The translations under genes were made by a program, and so were the position numbers. Below, one piece after another: positions 1 to 9,727 of a stretch of 64,000 nucleotides of DNA; positions within the stretch are counted from its first letter, which is position 1, and the number at the start of each line of letters is the position of its first letter. Location of the stretch: contig OY764265.1 in the NCBI GenBank assembly GCA_963668355.1, positions 2,858,493 to 2,922,492 on the forward strand, in the 5' to 3' direction. The notes below the pieces were generated by a model that was not told the origin of the DNA, did no database searches, and was given only the letters and a program-made list of their open reading frames with translations. The DNA comes from Bdellovibrionota bacterium. GTDB taxonomy: Bacteria > Bdellovibrionota_G > JALEGL01 > DATDPG01.

Positions 1-132
1 CGGTCCATCCAACACACAGGCCCGATGGATGTCCACGGGGCTCGAAATGGCTGTAACCGGATAAAATCCAAGAAGGCCCCAAAGAACCCCAGAAATCGCC
101 CACCCCGACTTAAATTTCCCCAAAAGCTTCAC
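1..132 (-). CDS. Partial CDS (5' end; continues off the window), probable exported protein
   Basis: Manual translation from GTG at 132: MKLLGKFKSGWAISGVLWGLLGFYPVTAISSPVDIHRACVLDGP, open to the edge and signal-peptide-like. Confidence 0.4.
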   Translation of the reverse strand, partial: MKLLGKFKSGWAISGVLWGLLGFYPVTAISSPVDIHRACVLDGP

Positions 133-305
133 GGACGAGAATTTTGCAAAGAAAATGCCATAGAAGGTAAGAAGGAAAGAAACTCAACCCATTGTTTTTA
201 TTTATTTTTTCTATTTCAAATGAAGATTCTCGCAGAATCCCCCGAAGCGGTATTCTTTTCTGAGACACGAAATCCCCGTTTCAGGTCTTCCACAGAAAAG
301 TCCGG

Positions 306-752
306 CTACTTTTGAAATCTTCGTTTGAAATCTTCTGGAATGGGCTGAAGACGCCGAGCCTCATAATCAAAAAAGGCCATCCCCGTTTTCGCCTGGGATA
401 GTATTTTCCCCGTGGTGAGATTGGTCGCATGATAGAAAAGATCGAAACGGGTTCGAGAAAGATCGCCCACGGCAATTTCGATTTTTATTCGATCTCCTTG
501 AAACCCTTCGGATTTATACACAACCACGGAGTCGGTCATGATGAGTCCCAGACCAAAAACATCCCCTTCGTTCTTTCCCCCGAGGCTTTTCAGGAAAGTC
601 ACGCGAGCCTCTTGAAGCAACGACAAAAGGGAGTCGTTTCCCAAATGCCCCCCATAATTTAAATCTCCTACTCGGATGGAAAGCTCTGTGGAGAAGGGGA
701 ACGTTGAAGGCATTTCTAAAAAGGTCCGATTCATGAGCCCTACGTACACCAA
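306..752 (-). CDS. Acyl-CoA thioesterase, hot-dog fold (4HBT/YbgC-like)
   Basis: Motif RVGDLNYGGHLGN..QEAR and size about 145 aa; start may be the ATG at 734. Confidence 0.85.
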   Translation of the reverse strand: MVYVGLMNRTFLEMPSTFPFSTELSIRVGDLNYGGHLGNDSLLSLLQEARVTFLKSLGGKNEGDVFGLGLIMTDSVVVYKSEGFQGDRIKIEIAVGDLSRTRFDLFYHATNLTTGKILSQAKTGMAFFDYEARRLQPIPEDFKRRFQK

Positions 753-832
753 ACCACAAGGCCTTCACAATGTTGTTCTACTACCTTGGTGCGACGCGTT
801 GAGTGTGCTATAACGCTGCTGTTTAAACGAAA

Positions 833-1846
833 ATGTTCGTAAGGGGATTTAAAAGACTTCTTTTTCTTGCGGTGGCTATGTTGGCCATTTCGACGGCCCA
901 GGCGTTCAATACGCCTCTGATTCAAGGACATTTGGACTCCAGTTCCATTCCCAATTTTGATCCGTCTACGCACGGCTTTTGGCTTCTTTACAACACTACC
1001 CGTGGCTTGAAGATGCAATCTCGATACGAAGTCCTACCCGTGCATTTCAATTCTAAAGGGGACTTTGAGATTCCTGCCCTCAAATTTGGATGGAAAGAGT
1101 TCAAATTTCAATCCCATAAAAAAGATAAACACCAAGGACTTATTGGAAATTCCAAGACCTCTTACCCCGGCCCCAAAAAGGTTCGACTTCTCTTGGTAAA
1201 GAATTCTGAATTGCGTGAAGGAAATCGATCTAAGGTCCTGCTTCAATTTTTTGAAGATGACATGGATTTTCTCGATCCCAATCACCTCTCCACCCTGGGT
1301 TGGTTGGACATTCAAATGGATCAATGCGAAGAAACAGATACTTGTGGCCCGGAGTTTTTTGAACAAGCCATGGAAAATCTGAGGATCTTTCCCCTTTCAC
1401 TCTCTCTTAAGCCAATCAACGATCGAGTTTCCAGACTGCTGGAAGGACTGAGCCCGGATTCTCCGTCCATTCACCTCAACCTGACTACGCACCTCACAAA
1501 GATGTTCATCTCCGACTATCAAAAGGATGCCCTACTGTACTATTTCGCGACCGAGGAAAACCCTCGTGTCCTTCTCTCGGGGTGGGTTAACTTTCGAGTG
1601 GATCGTTCACGCTTAGACCATGTGATCCATGTCCCCTCCAACCTCCCGCCTTATGAGTACTATGTCTCTCCTCACCAAAGCCACAGAGGAATCTGCTCGC
1701 ATGTCCAAAGAGATTCCACAGCTTTCCAATGGAAACTACACATCCCCGATAAACTCGTTGAGGTATCTCCCGATTTTCATGAAATCGATCTCCATTTGAA
1801 ACTGACCTACCCCTTCACGCGAATGGATTTGTCTCAGGGCGACTAA
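833..1846 (+). CDS. Hypothetical secreted protein
   Basis: 337-aa ORF with Sec signal peptide ending AQA; no family recognised. Confidence 0.7.
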   Translation: MFVRGFKRLLFLAVAMLAISTAQAFNTPLIQGHLDSSSIPNFDPSTHGFWLLYNTTRGLKMQSRYEVLPVHFNSKGDFEIPALKFGWKEFKFQSHKKDKHQGLIGNSKTSYPGPKKVRLLLVKNSELREGNRSKVLLQFFEDDMDFLDPNHLSTLGWLDIQMDQCEETDTCGPEFFEQAMENLRIFPLSLSLKPINDRVSRLLEGLSPDSPSIHLNLTTHLTKMFISDYQKDALLYYFATEENPRVLLSGWVNFRVDRSRLDHVIHVPSNLPPYEYYVSPHQSHRGICSHVQRDSTAFQWKLHIPDKLVEVSPDFHEIDLHLKLTYPFTRMDLSQGD

Positions 1847-1916
1847 GGCGGGGGTTTCTCGCTGAAAAATGAAAAGGATGCTAATTTGGCTTCGAGCATC
1901 GCCTGAGGAGAAATAT

Positions 1917-2354
1917 ATGCCATCAAACTTTGAGACCTTTTGGGAACTAGGTTCCTTTGCTGTGGTGGGAAACCAAAAAGCCCGAAACTTTCCAAAACTC
2001 ACTTACACCGCGCTTAAAAATAAAGGAAAAAGGGTGTTCCCCGTGGACCCCTCCATTCCAAAGGTGGATGACGATCTCACCTACACAAACCTTCAAGCCC
2101 TTCCGGAGCCGGTAGAAGGCGTAATTTTGGAAGTCCCCAAAGAAGAAACAACCTTCTGGATCGACCAAGCGGCCAAAGCCAACATCAAAGACCTCTGGAT
2201 TCATATGCGAAGAGAAACACCCGAAGCCGTTGCATTAGCTCAGAAAAATGGAATGAATGTTCGATTCGGTACGTGTGCCGTCATGTATTTAACCGACCGG
2301 CTCACTTATCACTCCATCCATAAGTGGATCATGAAAACGATGGGGAAGTACTAA
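1917..2354 (+). CDS. CoA-binding domain protein (YccU-like)
   Basis: FAVVG..VFPVDP..YTNLQALPEPVEGV pattern; GAGGAG SD precedes the ATG at 1917. Confidence 0.85.
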   Translation: MPSNFETFWELGSFAVVGNQKARNFPKLTYTALKNKGKRVFPVDPSIPKVDDDLTYTNLQALPEPVEGVILEVPKEETTFWIDQAAKANIKDLWIHMRRETPEAVALAQKNGMNVRFGTCAVMYLTDRLTYHSIHKWIMKTMGKY

Positions 2355-2358
2355 AAAA

Positions 2359-5163
2359 CTAAAGTTGGCCTACAGCAAAATGAAATTCGCCGAAGGATTC
2401 CCCAGGTCTGCGATCCAGCTTAATTCCAAAGTCCAGGCGCAAGGGACCAAAGAAGGTGTTGTACCGTAGCCCTACCCCAGCGGTATTTCGTATATCAAAG
2501 GGATTGAAATCTGAATTCGAGACATACGCGTTTCCTCCGTCCGAAAACACCGCGAAATCAAAACCATCAAACAATGGAAAAAGAACTTCGGCCATAAAAT
2601 TAAACATGCTGTTCCCACCGGGCGCTTGTTGCAAGACAGAATCGGAGCAGTTTTCAGGAAGGTCGCTGTCCACCCCTCCAATGCAATTTCGGCCAAATCC
2701 TCGAAGGCTATTGTTCCCTCCCAATCTGAACCGTTTCTCGATGGGGATCGCCGAAATTCCTTGAGAAGTGGTTTTTCCATAGGTTCCAGAAAATCCAAAT
2801 CTAACGGAAAGAACAAAACGGATTTTGCGATAAAGGGGGAAAAACATCGAATTTCTCACCGTCAATCGATAGAAATCCGCTTCAGACCAAAAAAAGTTAT
2901 GATACAAACCAAAATCAACTCGATGAAAGCTACCCTCGGTCGGATTTAAAACATCGTTTCTTCGATCAAAATCCAAAATCGCAGCCACCGATCCAAACCT
3001 AGCCGACTGCTCATCAATGGGACTAAGCTCTGCAGGATCAATTTGAATGTTGAAAGGATTTCGAAACTCAAGTTCATACTGAAGTTGAGGCCGAAACCAA
3101 CGGGTAATCTCCGTATTCAACCCCACGATCACACTTCTTCGATCAATATCGTATTGTCGTTCTTCTGCACGTTCATTGATGAAATGTGCATGTCCCGACA
3201 TGGGACCAATCAAGTGAGGCTCGCGATACGTAAGCATCTCCCGGTGTTCCCACACTCGAAAATCGCGCACTTTTCGATTGACCCTTCCTTGAGCCGTCGC
3301 ACTTCGGCCGGTTCCTGCAATATTAATATATCCCAACTCTACGGCACCGCGGGCACCGTCATCCGTAGAAAACCCTGGACGAATCCGTACGGAACGCTTT
3401 TTCTTTTCTCGAAGCGTAATTAAGAGATCCTCTTGCCCCGTAGTGGGATCGTGATTCATCTCTTCAAAAGACACGCTTTCAAAAAACCCCAAACGAAGCA
3501 ACGCCCGACGACTATCCCGAATTCGATTTGGATCGTATCGATCTCCCGCTGCAACGCTCAATTCTCTTCGAATGACATACTCTTCCGTATGTCGATTCCC
3601 ACGAATGATAACGTCCCTCAAATGAACTAAAGGGCCTTCCTGAATAGCTACTTCATAGGTCACCCGCCCTTGCGAAATACTGTTGATGTCGGGCACTTGA
3701 ACATCCACATATTTGAAGCCTTCCTCCTGGTAAGCCTTTTTCAGTTCTTCTTTTTTCTCCATGAGTTTCAGAGGATTTATGGGATCTCCGTCCTTCATCT
3801 GAAAGAGATCCTCAACGAACCGATTGGAAAAATGTCGATTACCTTGAATCCGTAAACTGGAAAACACTGATCGCTCATTTTCAGAAACTTCAAACGACGC
3901 CGAAGCATATTTTTGATCCTGTGAGAACGAAATTCGAGGCTCCGAAATCTTCGCTCGTAGAAATCCCTGAGATTGATAAAAGGCAATTAAGTCATAGGAG
4001 GCCTGATTCAGTTCGTCCAACACGAACGTTCCGGACCGGATATGTTCAGGGGCCAACGAATATATTTCTTTCTGCAATCGCTTTTCAGGAAAAAAACGAT
4101 TCCCATGAAAATGAATTTCTTCTAAGCGAACTTTCGGCCCTCTTTCGATCTCAAAAACAATTTCACGCCGTTTTTTGGATCCCGAAGCAGGATCATCCAG
4201 GCATTGAATCTGCGCGTGTGGGTATCCCCTTTTTCGATAGAAATCCTTGATTCCAGAAATTGCAGTGGCTTCAACCCAGGCTTGGTTAAACTTCCTTTCG
4301 TCTTCCAAAGCAATGGCTTTGCGAAGCATACTATCTCGTTCAAAAGCAAACGTATTTCCTCTGAAACGCACCTCCACCGACGACCCAACCCGAACCTCCA
4401 AAACCAGGCGTCCACGAGAAAGGTTCTTAGAATAGATGATTTCAGATCGATCGATCGCCGCAGACAAGAATTCACGGTCCTTTAATTCGGACCGAATGTT
4501 TTCGATTCCTTGTTCCAGATGTTTTCCGTCACAACGGTCCCCAACGTTCATATTCAGCCAACTTGCAAAGTCAGCCTGCGTTACGGGAAAACGATCAATC
4601 GACCAGTCAATTTCCTCCACAATACAGGGTTCATTCTCTGTGATATCGATCTTGAGGTCCGCTTCTGTGCGATCCTCTAATTCCAATAAAAGAATGGAAA
4701 CATCTGCATGAGGAAAACCTCGGTAATGCAAATACTTTTTCAACCGATCCTTTACGTCTTCCAATTGTCCGGGATTCAATTCATCCTTTTCCCTTAAATT
4801 CAAAGACTCCTTTATGGAATCTCTCTTGAGGGTTTTCAGGCCATTTACTTCTATATTTCGAATCAAGGGCCGTGGCTTAATCACGACATGAATTCGCCCG
4901 CCTTCCAAGCGCTCCGTGCGCAATTCATTGACTGGATATTTGAGAAAAAAGCGCTTCAATGCCTCTGAAAGTCTTTGATCGGAAATGTCCTCATCTAGAA
5001 AGTCACTGAAGAAAATTTCCGCTTGTCTTTTTAAATGTGGGTCAGGACACTCCACTTGAACAAAGGAAGACGGCAACGCAGACACTTGGCCCAGAAACAA
5101 AAGCCCGATCAAAAAGCTCAAAAAGAGCGATCTAAAATTCAAATCCAAATTCAACGTCCACAC
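2359..5163 (-). CDS. Omp85-family outer membrane protein (TamA/BamA-like) with multiple POTRA domains
   Basis: Repeated 'I.F.GN' and 'Y...G[YF]' POTRA motifs; barrel motifs RFRLGG..LRGF and GVGLRY..GPLRLDFG; downstream of a tamB-like gene. Confidence 0.9.
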   Translation of the reverse strand: MWTLNLDLNFRSLFLSFLIGLLFLGQVSALPSSFVQVECPDPHLKRQAEIFFSDFLDEDISDQRLSEALKRFFLKYPVNELRTERLEGGRIHVVIKPRPLIRNIEVNGLKTLKRDSIKESLNLREKDELNPGQLEDVKDRLKKYLHYRGFPHADVSILLLELEDRTEADLKIDITENEPCIVEEIDWSIDRFPVTQADFASWLNMNVGDRCDGKHLEQGIENIRSELKDREFLSAAIDRSEIIYSKNLSRGRLVLEVRVGSSVEVRFRGNTFAFERDSMLRKAIALEDERKFNQAWVEATAISGIKDFYRKRGYPHAQIQCLDDPASGSKKRREIVFEIERGPKVRLEEIHFHGNRFFPEKRLQKEIYSLAPEHIRSGTFVLDELNQASYDLIAFYQSQGFLRAKISEPRISFSQDQKYASASFEVSENERSVFSSLRIQGNRHFSNRFVEDLFQMKDGDPINPLKLMEKKEELKKAYQEEGFKYVDVQVPDINSISQGRVTYEVAIQEGPLVHLRDVIIRGNRHTEEYVIRRELSVAAGDRYDPNRIRDSRRALLRLGFFESVSFEEMNHDPTTGQEDLLITLREKKKRSVRIRPGFSTDDGARGAVELGYINIAGTGRSATAQGRVNRKVRDFRVWEHREMLTYREPHLIGPMSGHAHFINERAEERQYDIDRRSVIVGLNTEITRWFRPQLQYELEFRNPFNIQIDPAELSPIDEQSARFGSVAAILDFDRRNDVLNPTEGSFHRVDFGLYHNFFWSEADFYRLTVRNSMFFPLYRKIRFVLSVRFGFSGTYGKTTSQGISAIPIEKRFRLGGNNSLRGFGRNCIGGVDSDLPENCSDSVLQQAPGGNSMFNFMAEVLFPLFDGFDFAVFSDGGNAYVSNSDFNPFDIRNTAGVGLRYNTFFGPLRLDFGIKLDRRPGESFGEFHFAVGQL

Positions 5164-8100
5164 CTAAGTCATATTCGTTTTCATCTTCATCTCGATTATC
5201 TCGCAAACTTCCTTGCATGGAAAAATTACGGTTTAGCCTTTGTTCAACGCGCACCGTATTCTCAGAGCCAATTTCAAACAAATCTGTCGAATAAAGCAAT
5301 TGGAGCGAGGGAAGCACTTTTTTGCCAACCGTCATTTTTAAACCCGTTGTTTTGGTACTCTCTGAAAAATAAGGAACAAACTGAAAGGTATCAATGATCT
5401 TGGCTTTCTTGAGGCCACTCTCCAATCGAGACTGAATCGGTCCGGAAAGAACCGTTGGCAAAAGCGAAGAGGAGAGACTTTGATCACTGGCCCCCGATTG
5501 CAACAATTCGTCGGAGTCCACCCCAAGTGTTAGCAATGCAACAATATTTGTTTCATCTTTAACGGGTTGACTGGAAAGAAAAGCCTGGATGTTCTTACCC
5601 TCACTTCGAATGTCCAAAAAGATATCTGTATCCAAGACACGTGTTCTGGCTGTAACATCAACATTGGTCGCAATGTTTTCCGTTGAAGTAAAACGGACAT
5701 TACCTGTCGTAATCTCAAACGTGTTGTCTAGAAAAAGAACCTCTCCATCAATAACTTCAATATTACCCAGAAGACCATAGGCAACTTCAGACCCAGTAAG
5801 CCTCAAATCCATTCGCAAGGTGGCCGTCGCGATATCGTTTCGGACAAATACCGTGTCCCCCTCAGATCGGATTCGAATATTGAAGCGCAGCTTTTCTTCA
5901 TCTGAACCGAAAACCCTTCCAATTCGTCTTCCGGAACTGAGGGTCAGTATCCGGCTTTTCCAGTCCCATTGCTCTCGGTAGGTTGCCCGGTGAATGAGAA
6001 CATCTCCTTGAAGCGTTGGACGATCGAGTCTTCCCAGCAAACTCAAGTTCCCTGAAAGTTCAGCGGGGAGCCAGGTTGGAACACGAAGGAAAAGCCGATC
6101 CAAATGAAAATCCATGAGAATATTTGGAGATTCCTCCAGGCCAGAAACCTGGAGACTTCCTTTTCCTCTCACTTTCCCCTCTGCAAGATTGGCCTCAAAA
6201 GCATCCACAAAAACGCGTTTCTGGTTTAGCGTCGCATGCAAGTTAATATTTTCAATGGCATGGGGGATGTCCAGGATTTGAATCATCCCGCCTTCTACAT
6301 CCAGGTGGCCTTGAAAATTTGGCGAGTTCGTGGTTCCCGCTAAATCCAACGACACCTCTGTTTTACCCTCGGCTCTCGTTACATTGGACGTCAGTAAGGA
6401 AAGAACACGTAACGCGAGACTCCCTTTCATCGAAAACGCTAAACGGTTTTGAAGGTCAATCTGCCCGTTTGCGTTTAAGTTGGTTGACGGCCCTTCAAGC
6501 TGAATCGAGGGAAGAGAAAGAGTGCCGTTTTTGATTTCGATTTTCACAGGATGTGTCGATTCGACAAACCAATCGCCTTGGGAAATTTTCATTTCATGGA
6601 CACCCACCTCTCCCTTCCAAGAGGTCCTTTTTTGCAGATTCCCAAGGAACTTCCAATCTCCAGAGATTTGAGAAGATACGTTTTGCCAAAAAGGAGTCAT
6701 GGAAAATTGTTTAAAAGCACCCCTGCCTTCCAACATGCTTCCATCGAGTAAGTTCACTCGCCCCTCAGCCGTGATTTCCGATTCTTTATAAATCAAAGCC
6801 CAATTCAATTGACTCAAAGGACCTTGCGTCTTGACTTCACAGTCTCCTCGACGAACAACTTCATCATTCACATCAAAAACGGTTAATTCGGTCTTAAATA
6901 GTGGGTCTTCCAAAGCTTCCTTCAACAGCACTTTTCCAGAGACTCGATTCACGAAAGAGGAAACTGCAGTGGGTACGTTGAGAAGAGAGAGAGGAAGGGA
7001 ATCAATTTCTGCCTCAAAATCACGAAAAACGACTGGGCCCACGCTTCCTTTGGCCTCAACTTTACCACCTTCCCAATCCAATTGGGCTTTTTCCACAAAC
7101 CAATCTTCCTTGGAAAAATTCAAAATCAAATCCAGATCACGAAAATCTTCGGTCATCCAAGAAACCGGATTCCCCTGTATACTCAGCCGCCCCTCGGGAT
7201 GCATCGCTGTGCCGACCAAAAGTAAAGATCCGGATGAAACTCCTTCGATGGAACGAAGAAACCCATAGCGACGACGGCCGATATCGGCCAACCAGCCCAA
7301 GTCAAAATCTGCCCAGGCCAGAGACAAATCAATCGGACCCTCTGCTCCATCCCGAAGATTTCCATCCAATTTCAGACTTCCCTTTTCACTGAAAAGCCTA
7401 AATTGCTTGAGACGAGTGCCTTTTTCATAAAACTCGACTTCTCCTTCAAGACGCTTGGGAGAACGATTTCCGTATCGCAAAGGGCTGATCGACAAATTCA
7501 AACGGGCTGAGAAAACATCGCCATTCACATCCAGCCCTCCGGAAACCCTTCCCAAACCCGAGAGTGGATCTTCTTCCGGAAATACGTCACCCACATTTTC
7601 CAGTTCAGCTTGCCAGACACCTTTTGCTTTTCCGGGTGCTGGAAAATCGAACTGAAAACTTCCCTTTCCTCCTGCCAGATTTAGTTCTCCTTCATCCAAA
7701 AAGAAGTTTCGACTTTGCGACCATCCCAATTTTCCCTTGATGTCCACTTTCTTAAATTCAAAAGGCAAGTAAGGACTCATTTCCTTGCCAACGTTCAACA
7801 TGAGACGATCGGAACGAATGCGATAATTCGCAGACATCGAAAAGGGAAGAATTCCCAATTTTCCATCCATATCGACATCTACCCAGCCGTCCAAAGCAGC
7901 TGTACTGCTCGGGTGGGAAACAGTTCGAACCGTTTTGTAAGAAGCCTTCTCGGCCTTGAGCGAAAATTCACCCACTCTTCCTGGAGCCAAATGGCTTACG
8001 TTTAGGTCAAAGGTGGCATCAGGGAGAAAAATCTTTCCTTTCAATTGGCTCAATCGATCTTTTCTTGCAGAAAAAGAAAATTTGCCATGGCCAAAAGACC

Positions 8101-8995
8101 GCTTCCTCAAAGTCACCTGATCATAAGCAAGATCTCCCTTTAACTTGGGAGTATTCCAACTTCCGGAAATATCTGACGATACGGAAATTTTTCCCGCCAG
8201 GTTGAGAGGTCGAGAAAGCATTTCAAGCTCTGCAAGCGCATTCTCCAAAGGATTGAGACTCGCCTGGGCACTTAGATGAAGCTTAGGGTTCGGGTACGCC
8301 TGACCTTGGAGTTGTACGTTGGCACCTGCGCCTTCAATTCCGAACTTTTCCAACCAAACACGATTTCCCTTTCGTATGGCAACGATGGCCACTTGATCCA
8401 TACGAAAAGAACGCCCCTCATGAAAGAGGATTCCATCTCCCTCCCACGCCCACCGCTCTTCCTGACCTCTTCCCGTGTATTGGGCATTTCCAGATCCAAT
8501 TTGAATTTGCAGCCCCTCCCCTGGAAGCTCCACGCGAAGACTCGCATCGCGAACCTCAAATCCGTGAATTTCAAATCGAACGAGGTCCTGCAACGAAGGA
8601 AGGGATGAATCCAAATCATATGACTCATCCGTCGCGTATTTCCCTTGAACATTTGGAACAATGTGCAAATACGGTTCATTCACTTCCACATGTTCAATGA
8701 CGATTTTTCCCAAGAAAATGGGCCCCGCCCCAGGTGAGACGGAAATTCTTTTCGCTCCGACAAACCTTAGAGGACCTTTTTCAATTTCCATTCTCAAGTT
8801 TTCGACGACCACTCTGGGAGGAAAGAGGGAAAAAGAAAGGTCTCCGAGCGTGATGTCCGCGTTCAATTGTGCTTCCAGTTGGGGCACAACAATGCGTTGC
8901 GCCGTCCAACGAAGTGCGGGACGCCACAAAACCGCCAGGGTGGCGGTGAGGCCCCCCAGAAAAATCAACGCAAAGATGACGGCATGACGCTTCAA
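5132..8995 (-). CDS. tamB: Translocation and assembly module TamB-like (AsmA-like) protein
   Basis: 1287 aa, N-terminal TM anchor, beta-rich body, TamB-type C-terminus ending GVDVEFGFEF; adjacent to an Omp85 gene. Confidence 0.85.
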   Translation of the reverse strand: MKRHAVIFALIFLGGLTATLAVLWRPALRWTAQRIVVPQLEAQLNADITLGDLSFSLFPPRVVVENLRMEIEKGPLRFVGAKRISVSPGAGPIFLGKIVIEHVEVNEPYLHIVPNVQGKYATDESYDLDSSLPSLQDLVRFEIHGFEVRDASLRVELPGEGLQIQIGSGNAQYTGRGQEERWAWEGDGILFHEGRSFRMDQVAIVAIRKGNRVWLEKFGIEGAGANVQLQGQAYPNPKLHLSAQASLNPLENALAELEMLSRPLNLAGKISVSSDISGSWNTPKLKGDLAYDQVTLRKRSFGHGKFSFSARKDRLSQLKGKIFLPDATFDLNVSHLAPGRVGEFSLKAEKASYKTVRTVSHPSSTAALDGWVDVDMDGKLGILPFSMSANYRIRSDRLMLNVGKEMSPYLPFEFKKVDIKGKLGWSQSRNFFLDEGELNLAGGKGSFQFDFPAPGKAKGVWQAELENVGDVFPEEDPLSGLGRVSGGLDVNGDVFSARLNLSISPLRYGNRSPKRLEGEVEFYEKGTRLKQFRLFSEKGSLKLDGNLRDGAEGPIDLSLAWADFDLGWLADIGRRRYGFLRSIEGVSSGSLLLVGTAMHPEGRLSIQGNPVSWMTEDFRDLDLILNFSKEDWFVEKAQLDWEGGKVEAKGSVGPVVFRDFEAEIDSLPLSLLNVPTAVSSFVNRVSGKVLLKEALEDPLFKTELTVFDVNDEVVRRGDCEVKTQGPLSQLNWALIYKESEITAEGRVNLLDGSMLEGRGAFKQFSMTPFWQNVSSQISGDWKFLGNLQKRTSWKGEVGVHEMKISQGDWFVESTHPVKIEIKNGTLSLPSIQLEGPSTNLNANGQIDLQNRLAFSMKGSLALRVLSLLTSNVTRAEGKTEVSLDLAGTTNSPNFQGHLDVEGGMIQILDIPHAIENINLHATLNQKRVFVDAFEANLAEGKVRGKGSLQVSGLEESPNILMDFHLDRLFLRVPTWLPAELSGNLSLLGRLDRPTLQGDVLIHRATYREQWDWKSRILTLSSGRRIGRVFGSDEEKLRFNIRIRSEGDTVFVRNDIATATLRMDLRLTGSEVAYGLLGNIEVIDGEVLFLDNTFEITTGNVRFTSTENIATNVDVTARTRVLDTDIFLDIRSEGKNIQAFLSSQPVKDETNIVALLTLGVDSDELLQSGASDQSLSSSLLPTVLSGPIQSRLESGLKKAKIIDTFQFVPYFSESTKTTGLKMTVGKKVLPSLQLLYSTDLFEIGSENTVRVEQRLNRNFSMQGSLRDNRDEDENEYDLGVDVEFGFEF

Positions 8996-9016
8996 GGCAT
9001 TCCTAAGGCTACGGGA

Positions 9017-9034
9017 TTACGAGGTTTGTGCCAA
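9017..9034 (-). promoter_or_regulatory. Possible sigma-54 (-24/-12) promoter for tamB-tamA
   Basis: Minus strand TTGGCACAAACCTCGTAA: perfect TGGCAC, non-canonical -12 (TCGT). Confidence 0.35.
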
Positions 9035-9109
9035 GATTCACAGAAAAAAGAGCATCCCAATCTGAGACAAACTTGGTAAGCTTTCCCCACACGAATTCAA
9101 GGAGGATTC

Positions 9110-9700
9110 ATGGTAATTGCACTATCCATCATTTTAGGACTTGGCCTGCTGACCATCATTTTTGGCGTTGGCATTTATAACCGATTGGTGACCTTGAGAA
9201 ACCGCTATAAGAATGCCTTTTCTCAAATCGATGTTCAACTCAAGCGGCGCTACGATCTGATTCCAAACCTCGTTGAAACGGTCAAGGGATATATGGCTCA
9301 TGAACGAGAAACCTTGGAAGCGGTGATTCAGGCCAGAAATCAAGCGGCAAGCGCGAGCAAGCAAGCTGCAGCCAACCCCAGCGATCCAAATGCCATGAAA
9401 GCCTTGATGGGAGCAGAAACGGGCTTAACTGGAGTCCTGGGAAGACTGTTCGCACTTTCCGAGGCCTACCCCGACCTGAAAGCCAATCAGAATATGGCCC
9501 AGCTCTCGGAGGAACTGACTTCGACCGAGAACAAAATCGCCTTTGCGCGCCAGGCCTATAATGATGCGGCAACAACCTACAACACCGGACGCGAGAAATT
9601 TCCCGACAATATTTTGGCCGGAATGTTTAACTTTTCTCCGGCTGTTTTGTGGGAAATTGAAGATCAGAGGGAAAAGGTCGCCCCCAAAGTTTCTTTTTAG
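9110..9700 (+). CDS. lemA: LemA family protein
   Basis: YNRLV..NAFSQIDVQLKRRYDLIPNLVETVKGY and EAYPDLKAN..TENKIAFARQAYN; AGGAGG SD. Confidence 0.95.
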   Translation: MVIALSIILGLGLLTIIFGVGIYNRLVTLRNRYKNAFSQIDVQLKRRYDLIPNLVETVKGYMAHERETLEAVIQARNQAASASKQAAANPSDPNAMKALMGAETGLTGVLGRLFALSEAYPDLKANQNMAQLSEELTSTENKIAFARQAYNDAATTYNTGREKFPDNILAGMFNFSPAVLWEIEDQREKVAPKVSF

Positions 9701-9727
9701 GAAATACACGCATAAGAAAGGTGTCTC

